Virus record (IMG/VR): IMGVR_UViG_3300017902_000071
Coordinates: 1 to 25,489 of that record
Length of the DNA stretch: 25,489 nucleotides
Direction: 5' to 3' (one strand)
Source of the DNA: a virus
Lineage: Duplodnaviria; Caudoviricetes
Positions 16,426-25,090 of the stretch are shown piece after piece. Every line of letters begins with the position of its first letter. Within the stretch, counting starts at the first letter, position 1. Below the pieces are notes generated by a model, which was given only the letters and a program-made list of their open reading frames with translations, was not told the DNA's origin and searched no databases. The position numbers and the translations under genes are program-made.

Positions 16426-16631
16426 ATGACGTTCTAGTTGCTATATACCTATTCTTTTTTGTAGCAGTATTTGGTGCTACATTTGCTTTTATGTGGAGAC
16501 TATCTGGATCAGTATTAGCAGATATGGATAAGCAACCTAGGAGAAGAATAAGACATCCTGAGATGCAAGATGTCAATGATGGAGAGGAATTGCTAGTCTT
16601 TAAAAAGTTAGAAGACCCTGACGATAAATAA
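16422..16631 (+). CDS. Small membrane protein, DUF2973-like
   Basis: N-terminal TM helix ending AFMW, then HPEMQD..GEELLVF, a cyanobacterial DUF2973-type pattern. Confidence 0.7.
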   Translation: MNDVLVAIYLFFFVAVFGATFAFMWRLSGSVLADMDKQPRRRIRHPEMQDVNDGEELLVFKKLEDPDDK

Positions 16632-16634
16632 AGT

Positions 16635-18284
16635 ATGGCAACTAATGACGTATATCTTGGTAACCCGAACCTCAAAAAGGCAGGGACTGAGATTCAATTT
16701 ACAAAGAAGCAAATACAAGAATGGGTCAAATGTAAAAAAGATCCAATATATTTTGCTACTCATTATATTAAAATCATTTCACTTGATGAGGGTCTAGTCC
16801 CTTTTGACATGTATGATTTTCAAAAAAGAATCTTACAGGACTTTCATGAAAACAGATTTAACATTGCTAAACTTCCTAGGCAAACTGGTAAAAGCACCAC
16901 TGTGGTCGCCTATCTTCTTTATTATGCTATCTTCTACGATAGTGTTAACATTGGTATTCTTGCTAACAAAGCATCCACTGCAAGGGAACTTTTAGGAAGA
17001 TTACAATTAGCATATGAGAATCTACCAAAGTGGATGCAACATGGTATTCTAGTTTGGAACAAAGGTAATGTTGAACTTGAAAACGGATCAAAGATATTGG
17101 CTGCTTCTACATCTGCTAGTGCAGTTAGAGGTATGTCCTTCAACATTTTATTCCTTGACGAGTTTGCATTCGTCCCTAACCATGTCGCAGAACAATTCTT
17201 TGCATCGGTATATCCTACTATTACTTCTGGTAAATCAACTAAAGTCATAATTATATCAACTCCTAATGGCATGAACCACTTCTACAAGATGTGGGAAGAT
17301 GCTAGGAATGATAAGAATGATTATATAACCAATGAAGTACATTGGTCACAAGTGCCTGGCAGAGATGCCAAGTGGAAAGAGGAGACAATTAAGAACACAT
17401 CTAAACGACAGTTCGCACAAGAGTTTGAGTGTGACTTTCTTGGATCTGCTGACACACTTATTAGTCCATCTAAACTACAATGTATCCCATTCAATGACCC
17501 AATAGCAAGCAATGCAGGACTTGACGTTTTTAAGAGAGCAGAAGAAGATCACGAATATATTATTACTGTTGATGTTGCCAGAGGAATCGGTGGCGACTAT
17601 AGTGCTTTCATCGTGTTTGATATCACCACTCTCCCGTACCAGATCGTTGCGAAGTACAGAAATAATGAGATTAAGCCTGTACTGTTTCCCTCGGTAATAT
17701 TCCAAGTATGTAAGGAATATAGTAATCCCTATGTGTTAGTAGAAGTAAATGACATAGGAGATTCAATAGCAGCAACACTTAACTATGATCTAGAATATCC
17801 TAACGTACTCATGTGTGCCATGCGTGGTAGAGCAGGGCAGATAGTAGGACAAGGATTCTCAGGTAACAAGACACAGTTGGGTGTAAAGATGAGCATCACT
17901 GTCAAGAAGATAGGATGTTCTAACCTTAAAGCAATTATAGAAGAAGATAAATTACAGTTCTGGGATTTTGATATACTACAAGAACTAACTACATTCATAC
18001 AAAAAAAGCAAGCATGGGAAGCAGATGAAGGTTATCATGATGATCTTGTTATGTGTATGGTATTGTTTGCATGGTTAGTCATGCAAGATTACTTTAAAGA
18101 AATGACTGATCAAGATATTCGTAGAAGGATATATGAAGAGCAAAAAAATCAAATTGAACAGGACATGGCTCCTTTTGGTTTTGTGGACGATGGTCTGGGC
18201 GATGATACTTTTGTAGATGCTGATGGATCTTTCTGGTATGGAGACAAGCAAACAGAAGTTGGATACATGCTACCCGATCTGTGA
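16635..18284 (+). CDS. g17: Terminase large subunit gp17
   Basis: YLGNPNLKK, Walker A PRQTGKST, Walker B LFLDEFAF, ISTPNG, nuclease motifs TVDVARG and HDDLVM. Confidence 0.98.
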   Translation: MATNDVYLGNPNLKKAGTEIQFTKKQIQEWVKCKKDPIYFATHYIKIISLDEGLVPFDMYDFQKRILQDFHENRFNIAKLPRQTGKSTTVVAYLLYYAIFYDSVNIGILANKASTARELLGRLQLAYENLPKWMQHGILVWNKGNVELENGSKILAASTSASAVRGMSFNILFLDEFAFVPNHVAEQFFASVYPTITSGKSTKVIIISTPNGMNHFYKMWEDARNDKNDYITNEVHWSQVPGRDAKWKEETIKNTSKRQFAQEFECDFLGSADTLISPSKLQCIPFNDPIASNAGLDVFKRAEEDHEYIITVDVARGIGGDYSAFIVFDITTLPYQIVAKYRNNEIKPVLFPSVIFQVCKEYSNPYVLVEVNDIGDSIAATLNYDLEYPNVLMCAMRGRAGQIVGQGFSGNKTQLGVKMSITVKKIGCSNLKAIIEEDKLQFWDFDILQELTTFIQKKQAWEADEGYHDDLVMCMVLFAWLVMQDYFKEMTDQDIRRRIYEEQKNQIEQDMAPFGFVDDGLGDDTFVDADGSFWYGDKQTEVGYMLPDL

Positions 18285-18361
18285 AGAAGAAAAAGAAATG
18301 CAAAAAATGGAAATGTTCAAAATATAAAGGAAAGAAATGTAACTGCGGTAGAATACTATGA
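18281..18361 (+). CDS. Lys/Cys-rich micro-protein (26 aa; not in ORF track)
   Basis: GTG-start MKKKKKCKKWKCSKYKGKKCNCGRIL*. Overlaps the g17 stop (GTGA) and the next start (ATGA). Confidence 0.5.
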   Translation: MKKKKKCKKWKCSKYKGKKCNCGRIL

Positions 18362-18612
18362 TGGATCTTGATAGTCAGTTTGAGTTAGAACAGTTACTAT
18401 TCAAAGATAGAAGATGTAGAACTTGCAATCAAGTCAAGAATCTACTGGAAGATTTCTACATGTCAAGAAAACAAAAGAAAGGTTTACCATCTGCATATTC
18501 TTACGAGTGTAAGGACTGTACCATCAAGAGAATAGTAGCAAAAAGAAAGAAGAAAAAGAAAAATAGACCTAGACCTTTACCTCCATATCTAGCAGATTAT
18601 CCAGACTGGTAG
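18358..18612 (+). CDS. Small zinc-finger protein (endonuclease-associated CxxC...CxxC type)
   Basis: RRCRTCNQVKNLLEDFY..YSYECKDC followed by a basic tail. No nuclease domain visible. Confidence 0.75.
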   Translation: MMDLDSQFELEQLLFKDRRCRTCNQVKNLLEDFYMSRKQKKGLPSAYSYECKDCTIKRIVAKRKKKKKNRPRPLPPYLADYPDW

Positions 18613-18632
18613 AGTGTTCGTGTGTTGTTTCC

Positions 18633-18690
18633 CCTCTTAAGACATTAAAAACTCTAAATAACACTAGGTAAAAATTGATATCTTAAGAGG
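18633..18690 (+). promoter_or_regulatory. Late promoter (TCTAAATA, 18653-18660) inside an inverted repeat that covers the g18 RBS
   Basis: CCTCTTAAGA (18633-42) pairs with TCTTAAGAGG (18681-90), which contains the GAGG Shine-Dalgarno. Confidence 0.7.
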
Positions 18691-18699
18691 TAAAAATAA

Positions 18700-20613
18700 A
18701 TGGCAAGTCAAGTCTCGCCTGGTGTTATTATTAAAGAACGTGATTTATCCAATGCTGTTGTAATAGGAACATCTGCACTTAGAGGTGCTATTGCTTCTAC
18801 CTTCCGCAAAGGACCCGTAGGCTCTATTGTAAATATAGGTTCTGAAAGAGAACTAATTGACACATTTGGTACACCAGTAGAGGCAAATGCTGCTGACTGG
18901 ATTGTAGCATCAGAATTTCTCCGCTATGGTGGACAACTAGCAGTTGTTCGTGCAACCACAGGAGTAGAAAACGCAACTAAGTCTGGAACAGGAGTTCTAA
19001 TTGCAGATAAAAATGCATTTGATTCTGGAGTAACTAACGAAAAGTTTGCTGCTAGAGATGCTGGAACAGAAGGTAACAACTTAAGAGTTGTTATTGTAGA
19101 CAAAGTTGCAGACGTAAAGATGACTAAGGCAACTCACGGTCTATCCGTTGGTGATACACTTAGTGATGGTGCAACAACAGACCACGAAGTTACAGTTGTT
19201 ATTGATGCTAACACAGTTGGTATTAAAGAAGGTGGTGGTACAGCAGTAACTGGTAACGGATTTATTAAGTCTGCATTTACAGCATCTGACTGGAATGCAC
19301 TTCCAATTGGAGACACAGGTTTAACTTACAAGGCGATTGGTGCTAGACCTGGTACAAGTGCATACGCATCAGAAAGATTCCTATCTGCTGATGAAGTTCA
19401 TGTTGCAGTTGTAGATACATCAACAAACACAATCGTAGAAAGAAACTTATTCCTCTCTAAGTTATCAGACGGAAAGACTCCAGAGGGAGCATCAGCATAT
19501 TGGAAAGATTATGTCAATCTATATTCCAACTTCATCTATGCAGGAGCTGCATTAACAAGCACTGAATTTACAACTGCTGGTGAAGACTCAGGTGCTGCTG
19601 CATCATCATATGGTGCTACATCTGCATCACCTAAAATAATGGCATACATCAAATCAACTGCTGGTGGTGCATTATCAGGTGGTACTGATGATTACGCTTA
19701 TACTGCAGGAGAAATAGGAGCAGCATATAACGAATTCTTAGATACAGAAGAGACAACAGTTGACTTTGTTCTTATGGGTGGATCAATGGGATCTGAAAGC
19801 GATACAGTCGCTAAAGCTGGTTCTGTTGCTGGTGTTGCTAACACAAGAAAAGATTGCATCGCATTTATCTCACCATGGGTAGGTGCTCAAATTGCAACAT
19901 CTGGTGGTGCTGCATTAAGTCCCTCAGCACAGTTAACTAATACAGTAGACTTCTTTGGTAACATTGCTTCTAGTTCATATGTTGTTAAAGATAGTGGTAT
20001 TAAATACACATACGATAGATTCAATGATAAGTATCGTTATATCGGTACTAATGGTGATATTGCTGGATTATGTGTATCAACATCAGCAATACTAGATGAC
20101 TGGTATTCACCAGCAGGAACAAACCGTGGTGGATTACAGAATGTAGTTAAACTTGCATTCAATCCTAACAAGGCAGCAAGAGATGATTTATACACTAACT
20201 CTATAAATCCTGTTGTATCAATGCCTGGCACAGGTCCTATTCTATTTGGTGACAAGACTGCTCTTGCTTCTCCATCTGCATTTGATCGCATTAATGTCAG
20301 ACGTCTCTTCCTCAATATTGAGAAAAGAGCAAGACAACTTGCTGAAGGAGTATTGTTTGAGCAAAATGATTCTGTAACCAGAAATGCATTTGCTGCTTCA
20401 ATGTCTTCTTACCTCACTGAGGTTCAAGCACGCAGAGGTGTGACAGACTTTTTAGTCATTTGTGATGATAGTAACAATACTCCAGAGATCATTGATCGTA
20501 ACGAGTTTGTTGCTGAACTCTACCTCAAACCAACTAGGTCAATTAACTTTGTAACAGTTACTGTAACTGCTACAAGAACAGGCGTATCTTTCGCTGAAGT
20601 AGTCGGTAGATAA
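18700..20613 (+). CDS. g18: Tail sheath protein gp18
   Basis: SPGVIIKERDL..RKDCIAFISP..WYSPAG.NRG..LFGDKT..SAFDRINVRRLF..YLKPTRSINFV. Confidence 0.98.
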   Translation: MASQVSPGVIIKERDLSNAVVIGTSALRGAIASTFRKGPVGSIVNIGSERELIDTFGTPVEANAADWIVASEFLRYGGQLAVVRATTGVENATKSGTGVLIADKNAFDSGVTNEKFAARDAGTEGNNLRVVIVDKVADVKMTKATHGLSVGDTLSDGATTDHEVTVVIDANTVGIKEGGGTAVTGNGFIKSAFTASDWNALPIGDTGLTYKAIGARPGTSAYASERFLSADEVHVAVVDTSTNTIVERNLFLSKLSDGKTPEGASAYWKDYVNLYSNFIYAGAALTSTEFTTAGEDSGAAASSYGATSASPKIMAYIKSTAGGALSGGTDDYAYTAGEIGAAYNEFLDTEETTVDFVLMGGSMGSESDTVAKAGSVAGVANTRKDCIAFISPWVGAQIATSGGAALSPSAQLTNTVDFFGNIASSSYVVKDSGIKYTYDRFNDKYRYIGTNGDIAGLCVSTSAILDDWYSPAGTNRGGLQNVVKLAFNPNKAARDDLYTNSINPVVSMPGTGPILFGDKTALASPSAFDRINVRRLFLNIEKRARQLAEGVLFEQNDSVTRNAFAASMSSYLTEVQARRGVTDFLVICDDSNNTPEIIDRNEFVAELYLKPTRSINFVTVTVTATRTGVSFAEVVGR

Positions 20614-20649
20614 TAACAATAAGAAAAAAAACAACGAGGTAAATAACCA

Positions 20650-21237
20650 ATGGCATCGTCAAACGTAAGTAATTTCATACAAAGGGTAGGGCAAGGCGTC
20701 AAACCCAATATGTTCATGGTGGATTTGAATTTTCCTGGTGCGTTAGCAAAAGGTGCTGATGACCTAGAAACTACAAACATCATGTGTAAATCTGCTGCAC
20801 TACCAGGTTCTAACTTGGGTGTAATAGAAGTTCCTTTCCGTGGAAGAACAGTTAAGATCGCTGGTGATCGCACCTTTGATACTTGGACTGTAACATTCTT
20901 CAACGATAAGGATTTCAAACTTCGTGCATTCTTTGAGCAGTGGGCAAATAATATCAATACCCATGAGGCAAACACTTCTCCTTTGTTTACACCTAATAAT
21001 ACTACTGGTTACACAGCAGATTTAAAGGTTAAGCAACTTGAGAAAGACGCTTCAACAACAGGGGTAATTCTTAGAGAGTATACTTTATTCTATTGCTTCC
21101 CAACTAATGTTTCTCAAATTGATCTTGCTTATGATAGCAATGACCAGATTGAAGAATTCACAGTTGAGTGGCAGTATTCATACTTCAAGGCAGAGGGCGG
21201 TTCAAGGACTGGCGTTTCTGACATTCCTGTGGTATAA
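20650..21237 (+). CDS. g19: Tail tube protein gp19
   Basis: KPNMF..CKSAALPGSNLG.IEVPFRGRTVKIAGDRTFDTWTVT..FPTNVSQIDL..IEEFTVEWQY. Confidence 0.97.
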   Translation: MASSNVSNFIQRVGQGVKPNMFMVDLNFPGALAKGADDLETTNIMCKSAALPGSNLGVIEVPFRGRTVKIAGDRTFDTWTVTFFNDKDFKLRAFFEQWANNINTHEANTSPLFTPNNTTGYTADLKVKQLEKDASTTGVILREYTLFYCFPTNVSQIDLAYDSNDQIEEFTVEWQYSYFKAEGGSRTGVSDIPVV

Positions 21238-21243
21238 TAAATA
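21236..21243 (+). promoter_or_regulatory. T4-type late promoter (AATAAATA)
   Basis: At the g19/g20 boundary, upstream of the g20 RBS and ATG. Confidence 0.6.
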
Positions 21244-21274
21244 GAAAGAAGAAGCATACTATAAGTAGGTAGTC

Positions 21275-22966
21275 ATGAGTCAATTATTTGGCTTCCAGAT
21301 AAATCGCAAGGAGGGTCGGAAGGGTCAATCCCCCGTCCCTCCTAATGCTGATGAGGCAATTGCCATAGCAGCGGGCGGTTATTATGGGACATATGTAGAT
21401 ACGGATAATCAAGCTCGCAATGAGTTTGAGATGATCCGTCGTTATCGTGATATGGCATTGCATCCAGAAGTGGACAGTGCTGTAGATGAAGTTGTGAATG
21501 AGTTTGTTGTAAGTGATGCTCATGATACTCCAGTAGAAGTAAATCTAGATAATCTAGATGTTGGAATGGGAGTCAAGAGAAAAATCAGAGATGAGTTTGA
21601 GTATCTCAAACGTCTTTTAAACTTTGACAATCGTGCACATGAGATTATTAGGTCTTGGTATATTGATGGTAGATTATTTTATCATAAGGTTATAGATCTA
21701 GATAATCCAAAGAAAGGTATCACAGAACTTAGATATATTGATCCACTGAAGATCAAAAAAGTTCGTCAAAAAATTAACGATAAACCAAAAGATTCTTTTG
21801 GACAACAACAAATAAAAGGCACTGCATTAGAATATGAGTACGGAACATTTGTAGATTATTATCTCTATAATCCTAAAGGTTTTTACAAAGGTGGAGTTTT
21901 AGGACCTATCGGTGACATGTCTTTATCCAAAGGTGTCAAGATGGCAATAGATTCTATTACATTCTGCCCATCAGGATTACAAGATTTAAACAAAAGAATG
22001 ACTCTTGGTTTCCTACACAAGGCAATCAAGTCTCTCAATCAACTTAGAATGATTGAAGACTCTCTAGTCATATACAGACTTTCTCGTGCACCAGAGCGTA
22101 GAATATTTTACATTGACGTAGGTAACTTACCAAAAGTAAAAGCAGAACAATATCTCCGTGACGTCATGGCACGTTACAGAAACAAATTGGTTTATGACGC
22201 TAGTACTGGTGAGATGCGTGACGATAAAAAGCACATGAGTATGCTTGAGGACTTCTGGTTACCTCGTAGAGAAGGTGGTAGAGGAACTGAAATTACTACA
22301 TTGCCAGGTGGTCAGAACCTAGGTGAACTCAAGGATGTTGAGTATTTTAAAAAGAAATTATTTAACAGTTTGAACTTACCTCCATCTCGTCTTACAGATG
22401 ACAATAAAGGATTCAATCTTGGTAAGACAACAGAGGTTCTTCGTGACGAACTTAAGTTTACTAAGTTTATTGGTCGTCTCCGCAAGAGATTTAGCGAGAT
22501 GTTCCAAGACATGCTTAAGACTCAGTTAATTCTCAAAGGAATTATTGCTCCAGAAGACTGGGATGATATGAAGGAGCATATACAATATGACTTCTTGTTT
22601 GATAATCACTTCAATGAATTGAAAAACATTGAGATGATGAATCAGAGAATGATGACAGTAACACAGATGGATCCATTTGTAGGAAAGTATTTCTCTATAG
22701 AGCATGTTCGTCGTCACATCTTAGGTCAGAAGGACAAAGACTTTAGAGAGATGGACAAGCAAATGAGACAAGAAATTGATCAAGGTCTTGTTATGGATCC
22801 TCAAGATGTCAATACATTTGACACTATGGATCGTCAAAACACTGCTTTCCAACCTGAGATTCAAGCACAACAAGCAGATGATGCTGTAGAGAGGGAGTTA
22901 GATAAAGAAAAACGCACACCTAAACCACCCGTTTCCGCATCTAAACCAACTAATAATAATAAATAG
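21275..22966 (+). CDS. g20: Portal protein gp20
   Basis: YRDMALHPEVDSAV..IYRLSRAPERRIFYIDVGNLPK..MLEDFWLPRREGGRGTEITTLPGGQNLGE. Confidence 0.98.
   Translation: MSQLFGFQINRKEGRKGQSPVPPNADEAIAIAAGGYYGTYVDTDNQARNEFEMIRRYRDMALHPEVDSAVDEVVNEFVVSDAHDTPVEVNLDNLDVGMGVKRKIRDEFEYLKRLLNFDNRAHEIIRSWYIDGRLFYHKVIDLDNPKKGITELRYIDPLKIKKVRQKINDKPKDSFGQQQIKGTALEYEYGTFVDYYLYNPKGFYKGGVLGPIGDMSLSKGVKMAIDSITFCPSGLQDLNKRMTLGFLHKAIKSLNQLRMIEDSLVIYRLSRAPERRIFYIDVGNLPKVKAEQYLRDVMARYRNKLVYDASTGEMRDDKKHMSMLEDFWLPRREGGRGTEITTLPGGQNLGELKDVEYFKKKLFNSLNLPPSRLTDDNKGFNLGKTTEVLRDELKFTKFIGRLRKRFSEMFQDMLKTQLILKGIIAPEDWDDMKEHIQYDFLFDNHFNELKNIEMMNQRMMTVTQMDPFVGKYFSIEHVRRHILGQKDKDFREMDKQMRQEIDQGLVMDPQDVNTFDTMDRQNTAFQPEIQAQQADDAVERELDKEKRTPKPPVSASKPTNNNK
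22958..22965 (+). promoter_or_regulatory. T4-type late promoter (AATAAATA)
   Basis: At the end of g20, upstream of the 22984 ATG. Confidence 0.55.
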
Positions 22967-22983
22967 AATAGTTATATTGTATC

Positions 22984-23208
22984 ATGACAGACAAAACTGA
23001 AAATAACAAAGAACTTGGTGCTGTAGATATTATCAACAAAATTGATAATAACGAAAGAGCAAGTGCAATTGACGCAATTCACGATATGTTATTTGGCAAG
23101 GCTTCTCAAGCAATGGCAGATTACAAACAAGTGGTTGCTAATACATTCTTTGATGAACCAACCAAGACAGAGATTCCAAGCAATGAAACTGATAACGGAA
23201 ACGATTGA
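22984..23208 (+). CDS. Small acidic protein, probable prohead core protein (gp67/gp68 position)
   Basis: Short helical acidic ORF between g20 and g21. Assignment rests mainly on synteny with T4. Confidence 0.6.
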   Translation: MTDKTENNKELGAVDIINKIDNNERASAIDAIHDMLFGKASQAMADYKQVVANTFFDEPTKTEIPSNETDNGND

Positions 23209-23827
23209 AGACGTTAAACTCGTAACAGAGGAAAAGAACGGTAAGAAACTTCTTTATATTGAAGGTGTCTTTCTTCAGTCAGAACTAAAGAACCGTAATG
23301 GTAGAATGTATCCTTTTGGTGTTCTTGACCGTGAGGTTAAGAGATACAACGAGGAGTATGTAAAATCAAAACGTGCTCTTGGTGAACTTGGTCATCCAGA
23401 CGGACCTACTATTAATCTTGATAGAGTGTCTCATAGGATTACAAGTCTCCGTGCAGAAGGTAATAACTTTATTGGCAAGGCACAAGTCCTTGACACACCA
23501 ATGGGTAACATTGCCAAGTCTCTTCTAGGAGAAGGTGTTCAACTAGGTGTTTCCTCTCGTGGCATGGGAAGCATTGATAAACGTGAAGATTGCAACGTAG
23601 TTTGTGATGACTTCATGTTAACAACAGCCGCAGATATTGTTGCAGATCCATCTGCACCTGATGCTTTCGTTAACGGAATCATGGAAGGTAAAGAATGGGT
23701 ATGGGACAACGGACTTCTAAAAGAAAGAGAAGTCGCTAAATATAAAAGGATTATGAGTGACGCAAGTCGCCGTGATGTAGAGGCAAAAACGCTCCAAGTT
23801 TTTGAGCATTTCCTCTCAAATCTTTGA
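23183..23827 (+). CDS. g21: Prohead protease gp21
   Basis: True start at MKLITE (23183). LYIEGVFLQ..NRNGRMY..ALGELGHP..GVSSRGMGS..DIVADPSAPDA. Confidence 0.97.
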   Translation: MKLITETIEDVKLVTEEKNGKKLLYIEGVFLQSELKNRNGRMYPFGVLDREVKRYNEEYVKSKRALGELGHPDGPTINLDRVSHRITSLRAEGNNFIGKAQVLDTPMGNIAKSLLGEGVQLGVSSRGMGSIDKREDCNVVCDDFMLTTAADIVADPSAPDAFVNGIMEGKEWVWDNGLLKEREVAKYKRIMSDASRRDVEAKTLQVFEHFLSNL

Positions 23828-23830
23828 TTC

Positions 23831-23838
23831 TATAAATA
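23831..23838 (+). promoter_or_regulatory. T4 late promoter (TATAAATA)
   Basis: Exact consensus in the g21-g22 intergenic region. Confidence 0.8.
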
Positions 23839-23878
23839 ATTCATATCACTATACGGAAAATTATAAAGGTAAACTCTA

Positions 23879-25057
23879 ATGTCAGATAAGCTTAACGAAA
23901 AATTTGAGGAGTTTGCAACCGAGCAAAAAGTGACTATCGTGGAAGGCGACCCAATGCCGACTGTTTCCGCAAACGTCATACCAGGCACAGGTAGCGAACC
24001 ATCTCAAGTCTCCGATGCACAAACATCAAGTGGTACAGGAAAAGATCCTATGCCTACAGTTGATGCTGGTAAATCATATGGACAATCTGCTCCTGCAGAT
24101 TTAGGTGGTACATCCACTACACCAAATGAGCACGATGATGACGGTGAAGAGAATCCAGGTGCTAAGGCAGCTGCTCCAGTAGGAGATAAATCAGCACAAA
24201 GCGATGGATCTGCTCAGACATCTAACATTAGTGATGCTGGTGACATGGGTAAACAACCTACAGTTGGTGCAGATGCTGCATACGGAACTAGTACAGGTTC
24301 AAATGTAGGTTATCCTATCAAACCAACATACGAAGACCTTGATGTTTCCGATGATGTAAATGCCCTATTAGAGGGAACAGAACTCTCAACTGAGTTTGCT
24401 GAGAAAGCAAAGACTATCTTTGAAGCTGCAATCAAAGCAAAACTTTCTGAAGAGTACGACAAGCTTGTAGAACACTTTGCTACCGAACTTGAAAAGCAAG
24501 TAGATGCTGCTAAGGCAGAGCTTTCCGAGGAAGTAAATGGCACAGTTAACTACGCCATAGGTCAATGGATGGAGCAAAATCAAGTTGCTGTTGACCGTGG
24601 AATAAGAAATGAGATCACAGAAGACTTCATCGCAGGTCTTAAAGGTCTCTTTGAAGAGCACTACATTTCTATCCCAGACGAGAAAGTGGATGTGGTAGAA
24701 GGTATGGCTGATTCAATTCGTGAGATGGAAGCTAAGCTTGACGAACAGGTCAAAGCTAATGTGAAATTACAATCCCGTCTAAATGAGACTGCAAGAAAAA
24801 ATATCGTGAACGAAGTTTCCGATGGATTGGCAGATACTCAGAAGGACAAACTCGCTGCTCTCGCTGAGGGTGTTGAGTTTACAACTGAGGAGGAGTTCTC
24901 TAAGAAAGTGAAAACTATCAAAGAGTCTTACTTCACAGAAAAAACTGTAACACAGAGTGAGGTTGCAGACGAAACTCCAGTTGAAGGAGCATCAGATCCA
25001 GAAGTAAGTCCAGCAATGGCACAGTATCTTGATGCAATGAACCGCTGGAATTCATAA
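23879..25057 (+). CDS. g22: Prohead core scaffold protein gp22
   Basis: LSTEFAEKAKTIFEAAI..F.AGLKGLFEEHYI.IPDEK..TIKESYF..MAQYL. Lies between g21 and g23. Confidence 0.93.
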   Translation: MSDKLNEKFEEFATEQKVTIVEGDPMPTVSANVIPGTGSEPSQVSDAQTSSGTGKDPMPTVDAGKSYGQSAPADLGGTSTTPNEHDDDGEENPGAKAAAPVGDKSAQSDGSAQTSNISDAGDMGKQPTVGADAAYGTSTGSNVGYPIKPTYEDLDVSDDVNALLEGTELSTEFAEKAKTIFEAAIKAKLSEEYDKLVEHFATELEKQVDAAKAELSEEVNGTVNYAIGQWMEQNQVAVDRGIRNEITEDFIAGLKGLFEEHYISIPDEKVDVVEGMADSIREMEAKLDEQVKANVKLQSRLNETARKNIVNEVSDGLADTQKDKLAALAEGVEFTTEEEFSKKVKTIKESYFTEKTVTQSEVADETPVEGASDPEVSPAMAQYLDAMNRWNS

Positions 25058-25090
25058 TAATATAAACCTATTTTTTCTTAATAAGAGCAA

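Noticed and set aside
16623-16630. GATAAATA before g17 (and GGTAAATA at 20638 before g19) as late promoters
   Set aside because: Each ends only 4 nt before the ATG, so a transcript would start at or inside the start codon. Not supportable without TSS data.
23042-23182. N-terminal extension of gp21 in the ORF track
   Set aside because: It overlaps the 22984 gene in another frame. The conserved gp21 start is MKLITE at 23183.
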